A stretch of DNA of 63,902 bases, counting the filler, from Craspedostauros australis (Eukaryota): NCBI GenBank assembly GCA_030167865.1. It is 14 parts of 14 records of this genome, joined end to end, with 100 filler letters (N's around TTAATTAATTAA, not from the genome) between each part and the next. Parts side by side here need not be neighbours in the genome. Positions count along the whole stretch, not along the records: positions 26,564 to 40,417 come from JALAGF010004452.1; positions 40,518 to 48,300 come from JALAGF010004453.1; positions 48,401 to 51,104 come from JALAGF010004454.1; positions 51,205 to 59,600 come from JALAGF010004455.1; 10 more parts are not named here. One strand, written 5' to 3'. The notes under the pieces are model-generated. The model ran no database searches, was not told the origin of the DNA, and was given only the letters and a program-made list of their open reading frames with translations. The translations under genes and the position numbers were made by a program. This document shows, one piece after another, positions 39,487 through 51,208 of the stretch. Each line of letters begins with the position of its first letter. The stretch's first letter is position 1.

Positions 39487-40207
39487 CGTTGTTGTTGATT
39501 TGTTGTTGTTGTTGTGTTTGATTGTTGTTGATTGATTTGTTGTTGATTGATTTGTTGTTGATTGATTTGTTGTTGTTGATTGATTGATTGTTGATTGTTG
39601 TGTTGTTCTGATAGGTGGGGTATTGATTGATTGATTGTTGTTGTTGATTGTTGTGTTTGATTGATTGTTGATTGATTGTTGTTGTTGATATTGATTTGTT
39701 GTGTTTGATTATTGTTGTTGTTGGTTGTTGTGTTTGATTGATATGTTGTTGATTGATTGATATGTTGTTGATTGATTGATGTGTTGTTGATTGTTGTTGT
39801 TGGTTGATTTGTTGTGTTTGATTGTTGTTGATTGATTGTTGTTGATTGATTGTTGTGTTTGATTGTTGTGTTTGATTTGTTGTGTTTGATTGATGTGTTT
39901 GATTGATTGATTATTGTTGTTGTGTTTGATTTGTTGTTGTTGTGTTTGATTGATGTGTTGTTGATTGATTATTGTTGTTGTTGTTGTGTTGATTGTTGTT
40001 GTTGGTTGATTGTTGATTTGTTGTTGATTGATTGATTATTGTTGTTGATTGTTGTTGTTGATATTGATTGATGTGTTTGATTGATTGATTGTTGTTGTTG
40101 TGTTGATGTGTTGTTGATTGATTGATTGATTGTTGTTGTGTTTGATTGATTTGTTGTTGTTGATGATTGTTGTGTTTGTTTGATGTGTTGTTGATTTGTT
40201 GTTGTTG
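39487..40207. repeat. ~720-bp cryptic TTG/TTGA low-complexity tract
   Basis: Almost no C on the + strand; mosaic of TTG, TTGA and TGTGTTTGA units. Confidence 0.95.
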
Positions 40208-40417
40208 ATATCCCTAATGATTTTGGCCTGGTACTGGCCTACGTACCTTGCGTCCGGACGCAAATTGGAGGTGCAATTTGCTTCCCCACGCAAATTGGGC
40301 CAATTTGCGTCCGGACGCAAGCGGCGACTCAAAGGACTAGCCCAAATACGCTTTACGAGAAGCCGTTTTTTTTCAAACCCTTTTTCGCTGGCCATCTCGA
40401 CTCACGACATGACTCAT
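40208..40417. mobile_element. Terminus of a sister family of the 51209-56671 transposon
   Basis: ATAT|CCCTAATGATTTT versus ATAT|CCATAGTGATTTT, plus two TTGCGTCCGGACGCAA palindromes (40248-40263, 40305-40320). Confidence 0.78.
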
Positions 40418-40935
40418 NNNNNNNNNNNNNNNNNNNNNNNNNNNNNNNNNNNNNNNNNNNNTTAATTAATTAANNNNNNNNNNNNNNNNNNNNNNNNNNN
40501 NNNNNNNNNNNNNNNNNAGAGACGTTGGCAATGGATCTGCTCAAGGCTCGGCTGTGCTGACGTTCCGTGCTCCTCGCTAGTTCACCATCGCACCAACATC
40601 TATGGGATCTTCCTATCAGGTTGAGGCGTCACAAATCCGGACCAAAACATCAGCTCTGGCGATTCTGGTATGCAGCATGATACCATCCACACCACAAAGC
40701 ACAGCAATTGCAAAGCGAGCACAACGTGCAGATCAACCTACGTCTTTTCACTGAATGCAAGCAAAAGGGTTGAACTANTGAATGGCTCGACATGCGCGGC
40801 GCGGCATTGAATGGATCACTGATCATCTGCTTGAATCATAGTTACTAGTACTACTCTGACTCCTCATCTAATTCATCTTCTTCATTGCATGACATGCTTG
40901 CTCATCAGTTTGTTGTTGCTGCTGTTGTTGCTGCT

Positions 40936-42564
40936 TTATTTCTCTTCCTCGGCAGCGCCGTCGCTCTCAGTCACCCTGGAAGATGTGATGGAACGCACGA
41001 AGCGCAACAGCGCAACGCGATACATGTACGAATCCACCTGCGCAGCACCCTCATCCTCGTCTACAACCTTGTACAGGTCCATCATGGACATACGACCGTA
41101 CCCATCATCAACTCCATCACTCTCCACTGCCCCACTGCGGAGGACATGAATGCCTCCCATCAGTTGATGGTGTGGAATCGGTTTGCTGAAATCTGGATGA
41201 GTGAACATATCTTTCTCACTTTCAGCTGCAACTCTCATTGCTGCATCCTTCAACACCACGCAGTTGCGTTGATGGGCGAATAGCAATGCGTCTATCGGTG
41301 TCCTGTGTGAGATGCTTGTGGACCAACTCTGCTTCAAGAACAAGCTTGAGTCGCCAGAAGCCGAACTCGTTGGCCACAAGGATCAGCTGTTGCAGATCAT
41401 TCTGTCCAGTGAGGATGGGAGTTGGCTGGTGAGAGACATCTATATCGTGGTGAGCATTGGCATGAGCGCCGATGTGAGCAACAGCGTTGTCACGAGCGCT
41501 GTCATCAGAGGATATCTTGGCTGTGCAGATGCATTGGATGACGTATCGGACGTGTTTTGGTTGAAGGTTGGGGAGAGGAATGGTTACTTGCATGGGGCCG
41601 CGCCGTCTTTGGTGCCATCATTCGCATGCTGATGTTGGATTCCTTTGTCGATCAGTGTCTGCATAGATGGGATGGTGATCATGAGGACTTCGGCATTTGT
41701 CTTGATTGGTTTCTGTTAGTTGCCCTGTCCACACAAGAAGATGGTGTCTGTCCTGTTCCCAGATTAGAAGGATTTGAGTCGATCTTCTTCAATGCTGATG
41801 TTGGTCCGCTTGTGGCTGCTGTGTTTGTGTTCATTCTCTTGCTTCTTTCGCTTCAACTGGTGTCCCAACTGTTCTTGTGGTTGTTCATTTACTTGTTCGT
41901 TTTGTTGCAAGCGTTGCTGTAGTTGCTGCAGTTGTGGGTGAGCTGAAGGCGAAAGTCCTCTAATGAGAGACTCCATACACTCCAGCTTGCCGTTGCGGCA
42001 TGCCCAATGAAGGGGAGTTTCACCTTGGTTGTTTTGGCAGTGGATGTTCGCCTCACATGTTTTGATGAGGTACTCCATACACTCCAGGCGGCCGTTGTTG
42101 CATGCCCGATGAAGGGGAGTGTTGCCATAGTTGGTTTTGCAGTTGATGTTCGCCTCACATGATTCGATGAGGTACTCGATACACTCCAGGTGGCCACCAA
42201 AGCATGCCCAATGAAGGGGAGTGTTGCCATCGCTGGCTTTGCAGTTGATGTTCGCCCCACATGATTCGATGAGGTACTTCACACACTCCAGCTGGCCTTT
42301 GTAGCATGCGCAATGAAGGGAAGTCCAACCAATAGTGTCTTTGCAGTTGATGTACGCCCCACATGATTCGATGAGGTACTTCACACACTCCAGCTGGCCG
42401 TTGCAGCATGCCCAATGAAGGGGAGTCCGACTAGCCGGGTCTGTGACCTCGTTGACATCAACTCTTTTATCCTGCGTCATTGTCTGCTTCTTCCATTCCT
42501 TCAACACCGACAAGCCACCTACCCTGGTAGCACGAAAGAGTTGTTGGTCAGTGACATTCGGCAT
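40936..42564 (-). pseudogene. Ankyrin-repeat + BTB/POZ protein, disrupted
   Basis: Five ankyrin repeats (41764-42564), then past two TAA stops and frameshifts: TDTIFLCG..NAEVL..P, LPNLQPKHVRYVIQCI, LILVANEFGFWRLKLVLE and DALLFAHQRNCVVLKDAAM (BTB/BACK-like). Confidence 0.75.
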
Positions 42565-43077
42565 TTTGAGGGGATGGTCGATGGCGTTGGATTGGCTGCC
42601 AAGGAAGTGTGCAGTCTGAGCTATCTATGGCAGAGATATCGATGGTGTGTCTTCAATAGGTTGTATTAGTATTTGGATGCGTACCATGCACTGTGTGGTA
42701 TCTCGATGTCTGTTGCTGATGTGCTCGAGTATGGGAGTGAATGGTGTGTGTTGTTGTCTTGTAGTCTTGGTCGCATGGTCCTCTCTTCCTCTCTTTGCGC
42801 ACAAGTCGTCGTACAACTTGTGTTGCCGTGGGTGTTTCGAATGACCTTCGGGTCCCGTCACTCAAACAAGTCGTACGAGTGAAGAGCGATTCGCGACTCC
42901 ACTTTGTCACGTGCACGTGCGTATCTTTGGCTCGGAAATGTTCGCCATCTGCGTTCGCTCAGATTCTCCCTCGAGAAGACAGCAACACACATCACGCAAG
43001 CTTCGACCCACGATACCCAAACACAATGCGTGCTCTTCTCTAGAGTAAATATGACATTACAACTCCCTTGCTCGACG

Positions 43078-44820
43078 ATGATCAGATCGCATTGCCTCAT
43101 CGCATGCTATGCGTTCGCATGCTGTCTGTCAACAAGCATTGCGTTCGTTCCTTCATTGCCTTCATGGCCTTCGTCAGCTTCGATAACAGGTCATGAGACT
43201 CATGGGGATGCTGGTGCTTGCGCCGCTCGGAGACTTCCTTCGTTGCGCCTGACAACCAAGCAAGAGATCTCCTTTGATGCGCTGGACGGAAAGAATGTCC
43301 TGGTGATCGGTGGATCGGGACGCGTGGGCGGAAGCGTCGTGGCGCAGCTGCTGAAGCGAGGATCGGCGGTCACCGTGGGTGGCACCAGCACCGATTCCTT
43401 CTTCGCGGCGCAGCAACGCTGGCGCACCAGCTTCCCCAATCTGCTGGTGGACGATGTGCAATTCCAGGCTCTGGACCGCGAGGAGGAGCAATCCGTCGCA
43501 TCGGTGCTGCAGCGGGGCAGCTACGATATGTGAGTCCACACGGCCGGTCCCTTCCAAGGCAAGGTCAAGACGCCCAACGGTGTCATCGCGGCCTGCGTGT
43601 CCAACGGCGTTGCTTACATCAACGTCTGCAATGACTACTGCACACGCTCTGCCGCCAAGGCGAAGTACAATGCCAAGGCCATCGAATCCAACGTCCCTTG
43701 CATCATCAGCACCGGATGCTGGCGAGGCATATCCAGTCTCATGGCCAAGTAGCTCGTGCGGCAAGTCCTGCAGCAAACCAAGAACCTCAAGCCGGCCAAT
43801 CTCAATGTCGATTTCGGGTTCTTTACAGCGGGATCGGGCGGTGCCGGAGCAANCNTGCTCGTGGCNACGTTCCTCATTCTGGCNGAAGAAGCGTTGACGG
43901 TCGTCAANNGTCGCCGCATTCCAGTCGCGGCGATGAAGGACTACGNGACGGTCAATTTCGGTTCCATCGTGGGGGACAAGCCGATCGCCCCTTTGAATCT
44001 ATTGGAGAGCGCGTCCGTGTGAGTGATCGGCATGGTTCTATTCGGGGGAGATGAGGTGGACGAGGAGATTTGTGGAGACCGTCGCATCTCCCTTTCATGC
44101 TGCTCCTTGTTGCCCAATCCTGACTGAGCCTTTGTACCGGTCGATGAGCCAGGTTTGCAAGCATTACATCCAGCCACATCACAATCATACACTCATCCTT
44201 TGACTTCTGCACTGCTTCGTTACAAATTCTTGGATTGTTCCTTCTCGAAATACTGCCAACCAATCATGCACACGACACGACATGAAACCACACCAATCCA
44301 AACCATACGAATCAACAGCCACGACGTTCTGGGAGTCGGCAGCGTCAAGTCATTGTTCGGAACCGCACCAGGATTCTGGAACACGTTGCTCGGCGCCATG
44401 GCGCAGCTTCCATCATCCTTGCTTGCCAACGAACAGATCATGACCAAGCTCGCAATCTTCTCGCTGCCGATCGTCCGCGTCGTCGATTATTTTGCCGGCG
44501 CCACCAACGCCATGAGATGCGACGTCACGTGCGATTCGGATTCATCCATCCGAGCTACGGCCCTCTACGCGCATGAGAATCTGGAACCCTGCGTCGGTGA
44601 ATGTGTGGTCGCGTTTTGCTGCGCGGTCCTTGCCGATCACGTGCGGGCTGGGGTCCAATTTCCGGAAGAAGCCATCGCGGGCGGCGAAAGTGCCGTCTCC
44701 GTTCTGTCGTTGGCCAGCGTCGGAGCGCACACGAAGGAAGTGAGCGGCAACGGCGATCTGAAGGTCCAAGATGCGTGGGGTGCGCCGAATCGCGATTTCA
44801 TAACCGAGGCGCTGCGATAG
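43078..44820 (+). pseudogene. Plastid-targeted saccharopine-dehydrogenase-like NAD(P)-binding oxidoreductase, two in-frame stops, intron 44019-44318
   Basis: Signal peptide ending SIA-FVP (ASAFAP-like), VLVIGGSGRVG Rossmann motif, VHTAGPFQ, FFTAGSGGAG. The GT..AG intron restores ESASV-HDVLG. TGA at 43531 and TAG at 43750. Confidence 0.82.
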
Positions 44821-45047
44821 CTTATGTATCTCTCCATGTGGTGCCATTCTTGATTGACATTCGATTTACTCGTGTGACGAAGGTATTCTGTTCCATTTTT
44901 CTGCCAGACCTACAAGTCCGGCAGCGACGATGCAGAGTATTTCCATTCATTGGGAGCTCTAGAGAGTATTTGCACGAGCTTGACAGATGTAGAGTGCAAC
45001 GATAATGCTTACAGCGTGAGGAAGAATCCTTCGAAATTGCTATTGTT

Positions 45048-46000
45048 TTACGCTGTCTCTCTCTCTCTCTCTACTGACCATGACGATTGCCGAGTCAATC
45101 GGATCATCGACTTGGTTGTGGATGTCGGCATCTCCGTCCCAGCAACACCATCCAAAACACGGTACGTCTTCATGATCTCCAAGCCTTCCACAATTCGATT
45201 GCCGCCATCATCATATCCCCTTCGGAATCTGCGTTTGACTTGCGCGGCGCGTTCGAACAGACCTTCCTCGATCAGAAACAGTTCGGCGGAACCAAACCCC
45301 TTGTCGCTCGGAAGCTCCACAGATCTTTGCACGGCGGTGATCATCCTCCCATCATAACGCAACACATTCGGGGAATCCGTGTCCCAGAAGATCTTGGTCG
45401 CGCCTGCCCGAGATTGTATCTCGAATGCTCGATCCATCACAACACCTTCGACGTCGCCGATTTGTGCGGATAGGATGAACTTGACTTGGTACCGCTCGGG
45501 CGCCTTGAGCTTGCCATTATTTCTACTTCCTCCGCCAAGTGCCTTCCACGCTGATTTGGCTTGGAAACCATCTCCCTCCGACGACACGACCACACGTTTG
45601 CAATTCCATGTTCCTTCCATCGATTTTGGAAATACTGCGTCGATCACCTTGAGCTGCTTGCCAGATCGCAGATCGAAGCCACCGCCAACATTCACCGTGC
45701 GCGATGTCGTACCTACGGGCGCGGCTATAGCATGGGAAAGTGACGGTGGTGATATCAGCATGGTGCTGGCAATGCATGATGCGCTAGTAGCTGGTGTGCG
45801 TCGCAAGAAAGATCTTCTGCTGTTCTCCGATGATGCTGGCGATGGCTGCGACACTCGTGGTGATGATGAATGCTGTACCGACGATGGTGAGAACGATGAC
45901 GGAAACGGAGTTGCCTGATGCGTACCAAGGCGAAGCCCATCACATACATCGATCCAAGTCGCGATGGCCAGAAGAGAGAGAGCAACGTTATTCGCATCAT
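45048..46000 (-). CDS. Putative thylakoid-lumen (Tat) protein, DUF6816-like; 2-bp slip near the start
   Basis: SRRSFL twin-arginine motif, FPKSMEGTW, DRAFE and EGLEIMKTYRVLDG. A signal peptide MMRITLLSLLAIA joins the frame if one CT unit is removed near 45975. Confidence 0.6.
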
Positions 46001-46879
46001 CGTTGGTTCGAATACAAGTCCGCTGTGGTGTTTGATCCTTCTTTAATCCTCCCGTGGATGTTGTTGTTGTTGTTAATCGTTGGGGTATCAGGTTGGGAAT
46101 TGAAGATCGAGAGCAATGGCTCATGCTGTCATCCGGCACGGCCGTGTCGGTGCTGTGATTGTGGGTTCGAATAGGTCACATTGGCTCGTTCGTCCCCGCT
46201 GAAGCAGATCTTTGGGGTTGATTGTCGTGATGTCAAGGAGGCATGGCAGAAGTATCGTCGCTGACGCAGACCAAAGTGCTCATATCCATGAGGAAATTCT
46301 GTCGCGATAGAGGACCCCTGATGTCTCAGGAGACAAACTTTTTGACCTTTGTGCGAGGGCGTTGTCTCCTGAGACAAAACCAAAAATAACACGACGTTTC
46401 CTCGCGATGGGAAAAGTGGTCGACAAGTTGGACTAAAACTAGAATTGGAGACTCGTCTCGTCACACATTTTCTTCGTGTATTTTCTTCGTACTTTTTTGT
46501 TGTCCACGTTTTCACGTAGTAATGGCGTAGTTTCGGACACTCGGTAGGTGTTGTCGTTGTGTGCATTGAATACAAAGTTGATTGCTCTCTATTTTTATGC
46601 AATACCATTGCTAATAACACACTGGCAACTACCATAATAAGAATAGCACAGAGATTAAACCCACGTATGAGGCTGCGCTGGTGGCGCTATTCTCCGCCTC
46701 CTTTCACCTTCGTGCGGGACACGAAGGGAGCACGGAATCTATGCGTTGTGTGTGTATGCTGTGTATGTGTTTTTCTCCTTGCGTGCTGCCAAGGGAGTCT
46801 TTGCTGGGGGGGGGTGAGCTTGTTGTCTGCATTTCAGCCACTTGAGCAGGGCGCCAGAGGCGGCCGGTTCATGTAGCGT

Positions 46880-48300
46880 CAGCGCGGCTTGCTCCACCCA
46901 TACCGTGACCTGTGCCTCACCAGCCAGCGCCGGCCAGAACCGTCTGGAGTAGTCGTAGATGCTTGGTGCAGTCCTGCTCGAGGCGAAGACAGAGTGACTC
47001 TGCCCTGTCATGTAGGGCCTGAACTGTCCAGCTTTGGCCAAGTCTTGACCTTCGAACAATGCCTCATTGCATGCTCTCCATTTCTCCCAGGCAATGCACC
47101 AACTGCAACATATGAGCTGTCTGGACCACTTGGCTTCCGATTTCTGAGACTGTTGCTGCTGCAGGAATTCGCTCTGCATTGGTTCCTGCTGCCTGTCTAG
47201 GATGCCTTTTTGGAGTGCCTGTGGACCCACAGCTAACTGCTGCCGAACCGCCTCATAGAGAGAGCTGCCCAGGCTCGTAGCCCTGAGATGGACCGACCCC
47301 TCAAGCTGGCTTTGCAGGATGGCGGTCATATTGATGGCAATTCCCGCATCCAGCGCCGCAACTCCCATAAATGCCTCCTCAAGATTTTATGCCGGTCCTC
47401 CCCTGCACACTGCCAGAAGTGCAACACATCCTTGCAGCCTCCACAACTGGGGCATTGGTCTGACACACTGGCAACTACCACTTGTTCTTCTCCACCAATC
47501 CAGTACCAGAATGTCACCAGCAACTGTTTTCATTTTGTTACGTTCTCATTGCAGCTGTGGCCCTTTCCGTTCCTACTTGCTTTTGTTCTGTGGCTGTCAC
47601 AGGTCTCACACACTGCATTCATACAAATACCTTGCGCCTTGATCGATTTCTGAATCAGCATTGCGCTCCTTTGCGGTTGGATCCAATCTCATACAACAGC
47701 GCAACTGATTGGGAGTTTGTATTCGTGCTCTTGTCGTCCAAGAGGAGGCTTCTNNTTCTACCCAAGCATATGACTGATATGTAGTGAATGATGGAGTATT
47801 GGTTTTCAATGCAAGAGGGATGGAATGAATAGTAGCTTGCACTTGCACAGTATTGCAGAGAATATTACAGATGGTGAACTTGCCATGACGGATGGGCGCA
47901 GACAAGCATCAATCCTTGTGCTCGCCACAACACTGGAGAGATGGCACGAAGCTAGCAAGTGAATGGATGTGCCCTTCCAACAGAGCAGGTACAATAATGG
48001 CCAACAAAGCAAGCAACCGGAGAGGTTGGTTTGCAAGATGAACGGATACAACCNAACTGGGGACNATAGCATGTATCTTCGTCCCCTCAATCCCATGGCA
48101 AGCAACTACAACAACAGGTAGACAGCACCATGTATATTTTATGCAACATCGATGTCATTCATGTGCTCTGCAGTGAGTTGGTTAGTCAGATATCAACGAA
48201 GCCAACATATCACTGCTGATGGTCAAAAAGCACGGGAAAGTACGCAGTATTTGGCTTCCTGGTCGGAAAAGCACAGGAGACAATTTGCGGTTTTGGGTGT
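46880..48300. other. CpG-depleted probable transposon relic, unclassified
   Basis: Visible TG/CA excess and fragmented frames; no family motif recognised. Confidence 0.35.
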
Positions 48301-48400
48301 NNNNNNNNNNNNNNNNNNNNNNNNNNNNNNNNNNNNNNNNNNNNTTAATTAATTAANNNNNNNNNNNNNNNNNNNNNNNNNNNNNNNNNNNNNNNNNNNN

Positions 48401-51104
48401 CTGGAGGTACTGGGAAAGCAAGAATGTTGTGGTGGGTTTGTCAAGTCTTCTTGTGATGGAATACACCATCCCCTGTGATGTTCCACAGGTTCTTGCTTGC
48501 CCTGCAGAACTTGTTCGTTTTTGGGTTCAGCTTGCGAAACTCTGTATGGAGCGTCTTGGATGATTGCTGATCTGCCCCTGGAATTTTGGGGAAGGCAAAC
48601 GCCAAGAGCAAACGGGATGCATCTTCAGGGACGTTCTCAGAATGATGCAAGAGGCCAAGGGAAAACCTCGTTCCTACAATGCACAGGATGTTTCCCTTTT
48701 TGTCTCCTGTCACCCAATCGAGCGTTCATGTGAGTCAGTGGTTGTGGAAAAGGGATCCACAGTTGTGTGAGAAGACAGATGAGGTTGGTACGGAACAAGG
48801 TGAAGCCATTCGGACATGGAGAACCTGTGTTGCATTTGCCACAAGGCACACTTACCAATCGCAATCAGAGCTCCTCTCACACCATAGACACATATGCATG
48901 GTGAAGCACCTGAATCATTTCTTCGTCTGCCCGGAAGAGTGAGTGATATGTTTTATCTTGTGCATTCAGATATAGATGGGTGCTAGTTGGGAAATTGTGC
49001 ACATGTTCCACATTTCCGATGCGACTCCCCTTTCAGTTTTGTGTTCTGAGTTGTTCTCNTCTTCATCTCTACAATGAATACCTCATTGTGTGCATCATTG
49101 GTTGGATCCCCCACAATGCTCAGGAAATCGATGGAGGCACGTACATAGGTTTTGCTCTGTTTCCGGACGAGGCCAGCATGAAATGCGGCCTTGATGGTCA
49201 TGTTTATTCCACCCACATGTTCGCAGTCCATGACTGCTCTCATCAGTAGTTCCTCGTCTGCGTGTCCCAGACATGTGTAGGCATAGGATATACCATGCCA
49301 GGCCTTCATGAACCATGCCTGCAAAGCCGTCTTTGCAAGCCGTTGCTGTAGTCCCAGCAACTGGAGTGATGCGGTGCCATCACTTCGTTTGCTGAGCACA
49401 TCATTTATGTTGCGTTCTCCTTGTGTATCAGTCTGGAGACTGGAGTTACTGTTCCTTGTTGCTGCTGTGGCTTTGTCTGCATTGTTGGACGGGGGTGAAG
49501 GATTGCTGTGCTCTGAGCTACCTCTATTTTCGCGTGCAGCTGTGCTATCATCTGGTAGGCATGCATCAGTGAATGTTGATGTGTCTGCAGCCTCTGCTCT
49601 ACTGGAAGCACCTGCATTCGACGCGGATGTGGCAGTAGTGGATGGACCAGAGGCAGATGTGCTCGATGCTGCAGTGTTGGAAGCTGGCGTGCCTGATGTG
49701 CAAGGGGTTGGTGTGTTGAATGTGGACGATGTGGATTGTGAGGCAGGTGAGCCTGAAGTCTTGGGCGCAGATGCCGCAGCTGCGGCTTCATCAGTGAGGT
49801 GTGTGTTACATGCCGAAGTTTGAAGATATGGAGGATTGAGCTGGAGATGAAGGGAGAGCGAAAGTGCTGGCGACTGAGGTTGTAGATGTTCAAGTCTGCC
49901 AAGCAGACAAATATTGTCCTTGATGGCAGTGGACGGACTTTGTGCGCCTTGATGCTGGTGTGAGTCGAGATGGCCTCGTCCATCTAGAAGCAGATGACCT
50001 CGTGCTGTGCGTTGTAGATGTGGATGGAGGAGGAGCTGATGTGGCAGACATCAATGCGGACGATGTGAATGAAGGGGAGGCACAGCAATTGCATGTACTA
50101 GGTGCAATTGTATACCTGCCAAAGTCGCGGTTGATGCTGGCTGCAGCATCACTTGACTGCTGGGTTGCAGCAGCCTGGGCAACACTGAATCCCTTCTCAT
50201 GGGCGATGTCGTGCGGGTCCTGCAGTTGTTTGTTGTCTGGCTAGGAGATGGGATGGAATGGTTTGCATTGGTCGAGGCAGCCATCATTGCAGTCTTGTAG
50301 AGGATGTCCATGTCCTTTGAAAGCTGCTTCATGCACAGCCGTTGAAAACGGTTTGGCAGCATTGTGCAGTGCTTGCAATTTGCCTTCCCATGGGTGCTCA
50401 GGGTGAGGCTGAGCTTTTTTGCAACGTCTTGGCTGGACGCTTGTTTCCATTGTGCGAGCACAGACAGGTGCAGACTTTCTGCTGAGCAGTCATCCTCTGA
50501 CCATTGCGCAACAGAGGCTCGTAGGTTGGCCTCCAATTTTGCTGAGTTGTCTGGTTCATTTGTGAGCTGCTTGTAGTGCACCTTTGCATCAAGCAAGGCC
50601 TTTCCCACAGCAACACAAACTCTGCCGTGTTGGGATCCAGCATCTTCCATTGCAGGCCCATAGAAGCCACTCGTTCTGGTTCTGTCAGAGCTGGTTGTTC
50701 AACAGTTTCGGATGTGCTGGTTACAGATGTGCTGGTTACAGATGTGCTGGTTGTAGTTGTGTTAGTGCAAGCATCATTGGGGATGATGATGTTGGCGGCA
50801 GCAACAATGGCAGCAATCAGCATGGCTGCTGGTGCATCGTTGGCCACATGAGCATTGCCAACAGGGTAGACTCCAGTATCGACGTTGTTGGAGTCAACAT
50901 TGCTTTCGTTGTGGACACCAAGGATGTCATCATTGTTGTCACTGTCAAGATGGATTGGGGTATCAATAACCCAGTCTTCGTATGAACTGTCAGTGTCATT
51001 GTCGCTGTGGTTGGTGGCGTCTGCTGTGTGCTCGATGAGGGATGCGATGTCAGGCAAAGTACTCACGATGAAACAAGCTTCTTGAAGCTGGTGGGAACCT
51101 AAAC
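48401..51104 (-). pseudogene. Decayed relative of the piggyBac-like/YqaJ transposase
   Basis: 48983-49399 encodes LQAWFMK..GHADE..KAAFHAGLV..YVRASIDFLSIVGDP..EVFIVEMK, colinear with 54090-54360. GLQWKMLDPN resembles GILEWSVLSPN. Many stops and CpG loss. Confidence 0.82.
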
Positions 51105-51208
51105 NNNNNNNNNNNNNNNNNNNNNNNNNNNNNNNNNNNNNNNNNNNNTTAATTAATTAANNNNNNNNNNNNNNNNNNNNNNNNNNNNNNNNNNNNNNNN
51201 NNNNATAT

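Noticed and set aside
39487..40207. Telomeric repeat
   Set aside because: Irregular TTG/TTGA mosaic, not a fixed TTAGGG-type unit, and internal to the contig.
41716..43752. TAA/TAG reassigned to Gln
   Set aside because: The ankyrin-BTB gene also has frameshifts, the oxidoreductase also has a TGA, and intact genes end in TAA/TAG. C-to-T decay is the simpler explanation.
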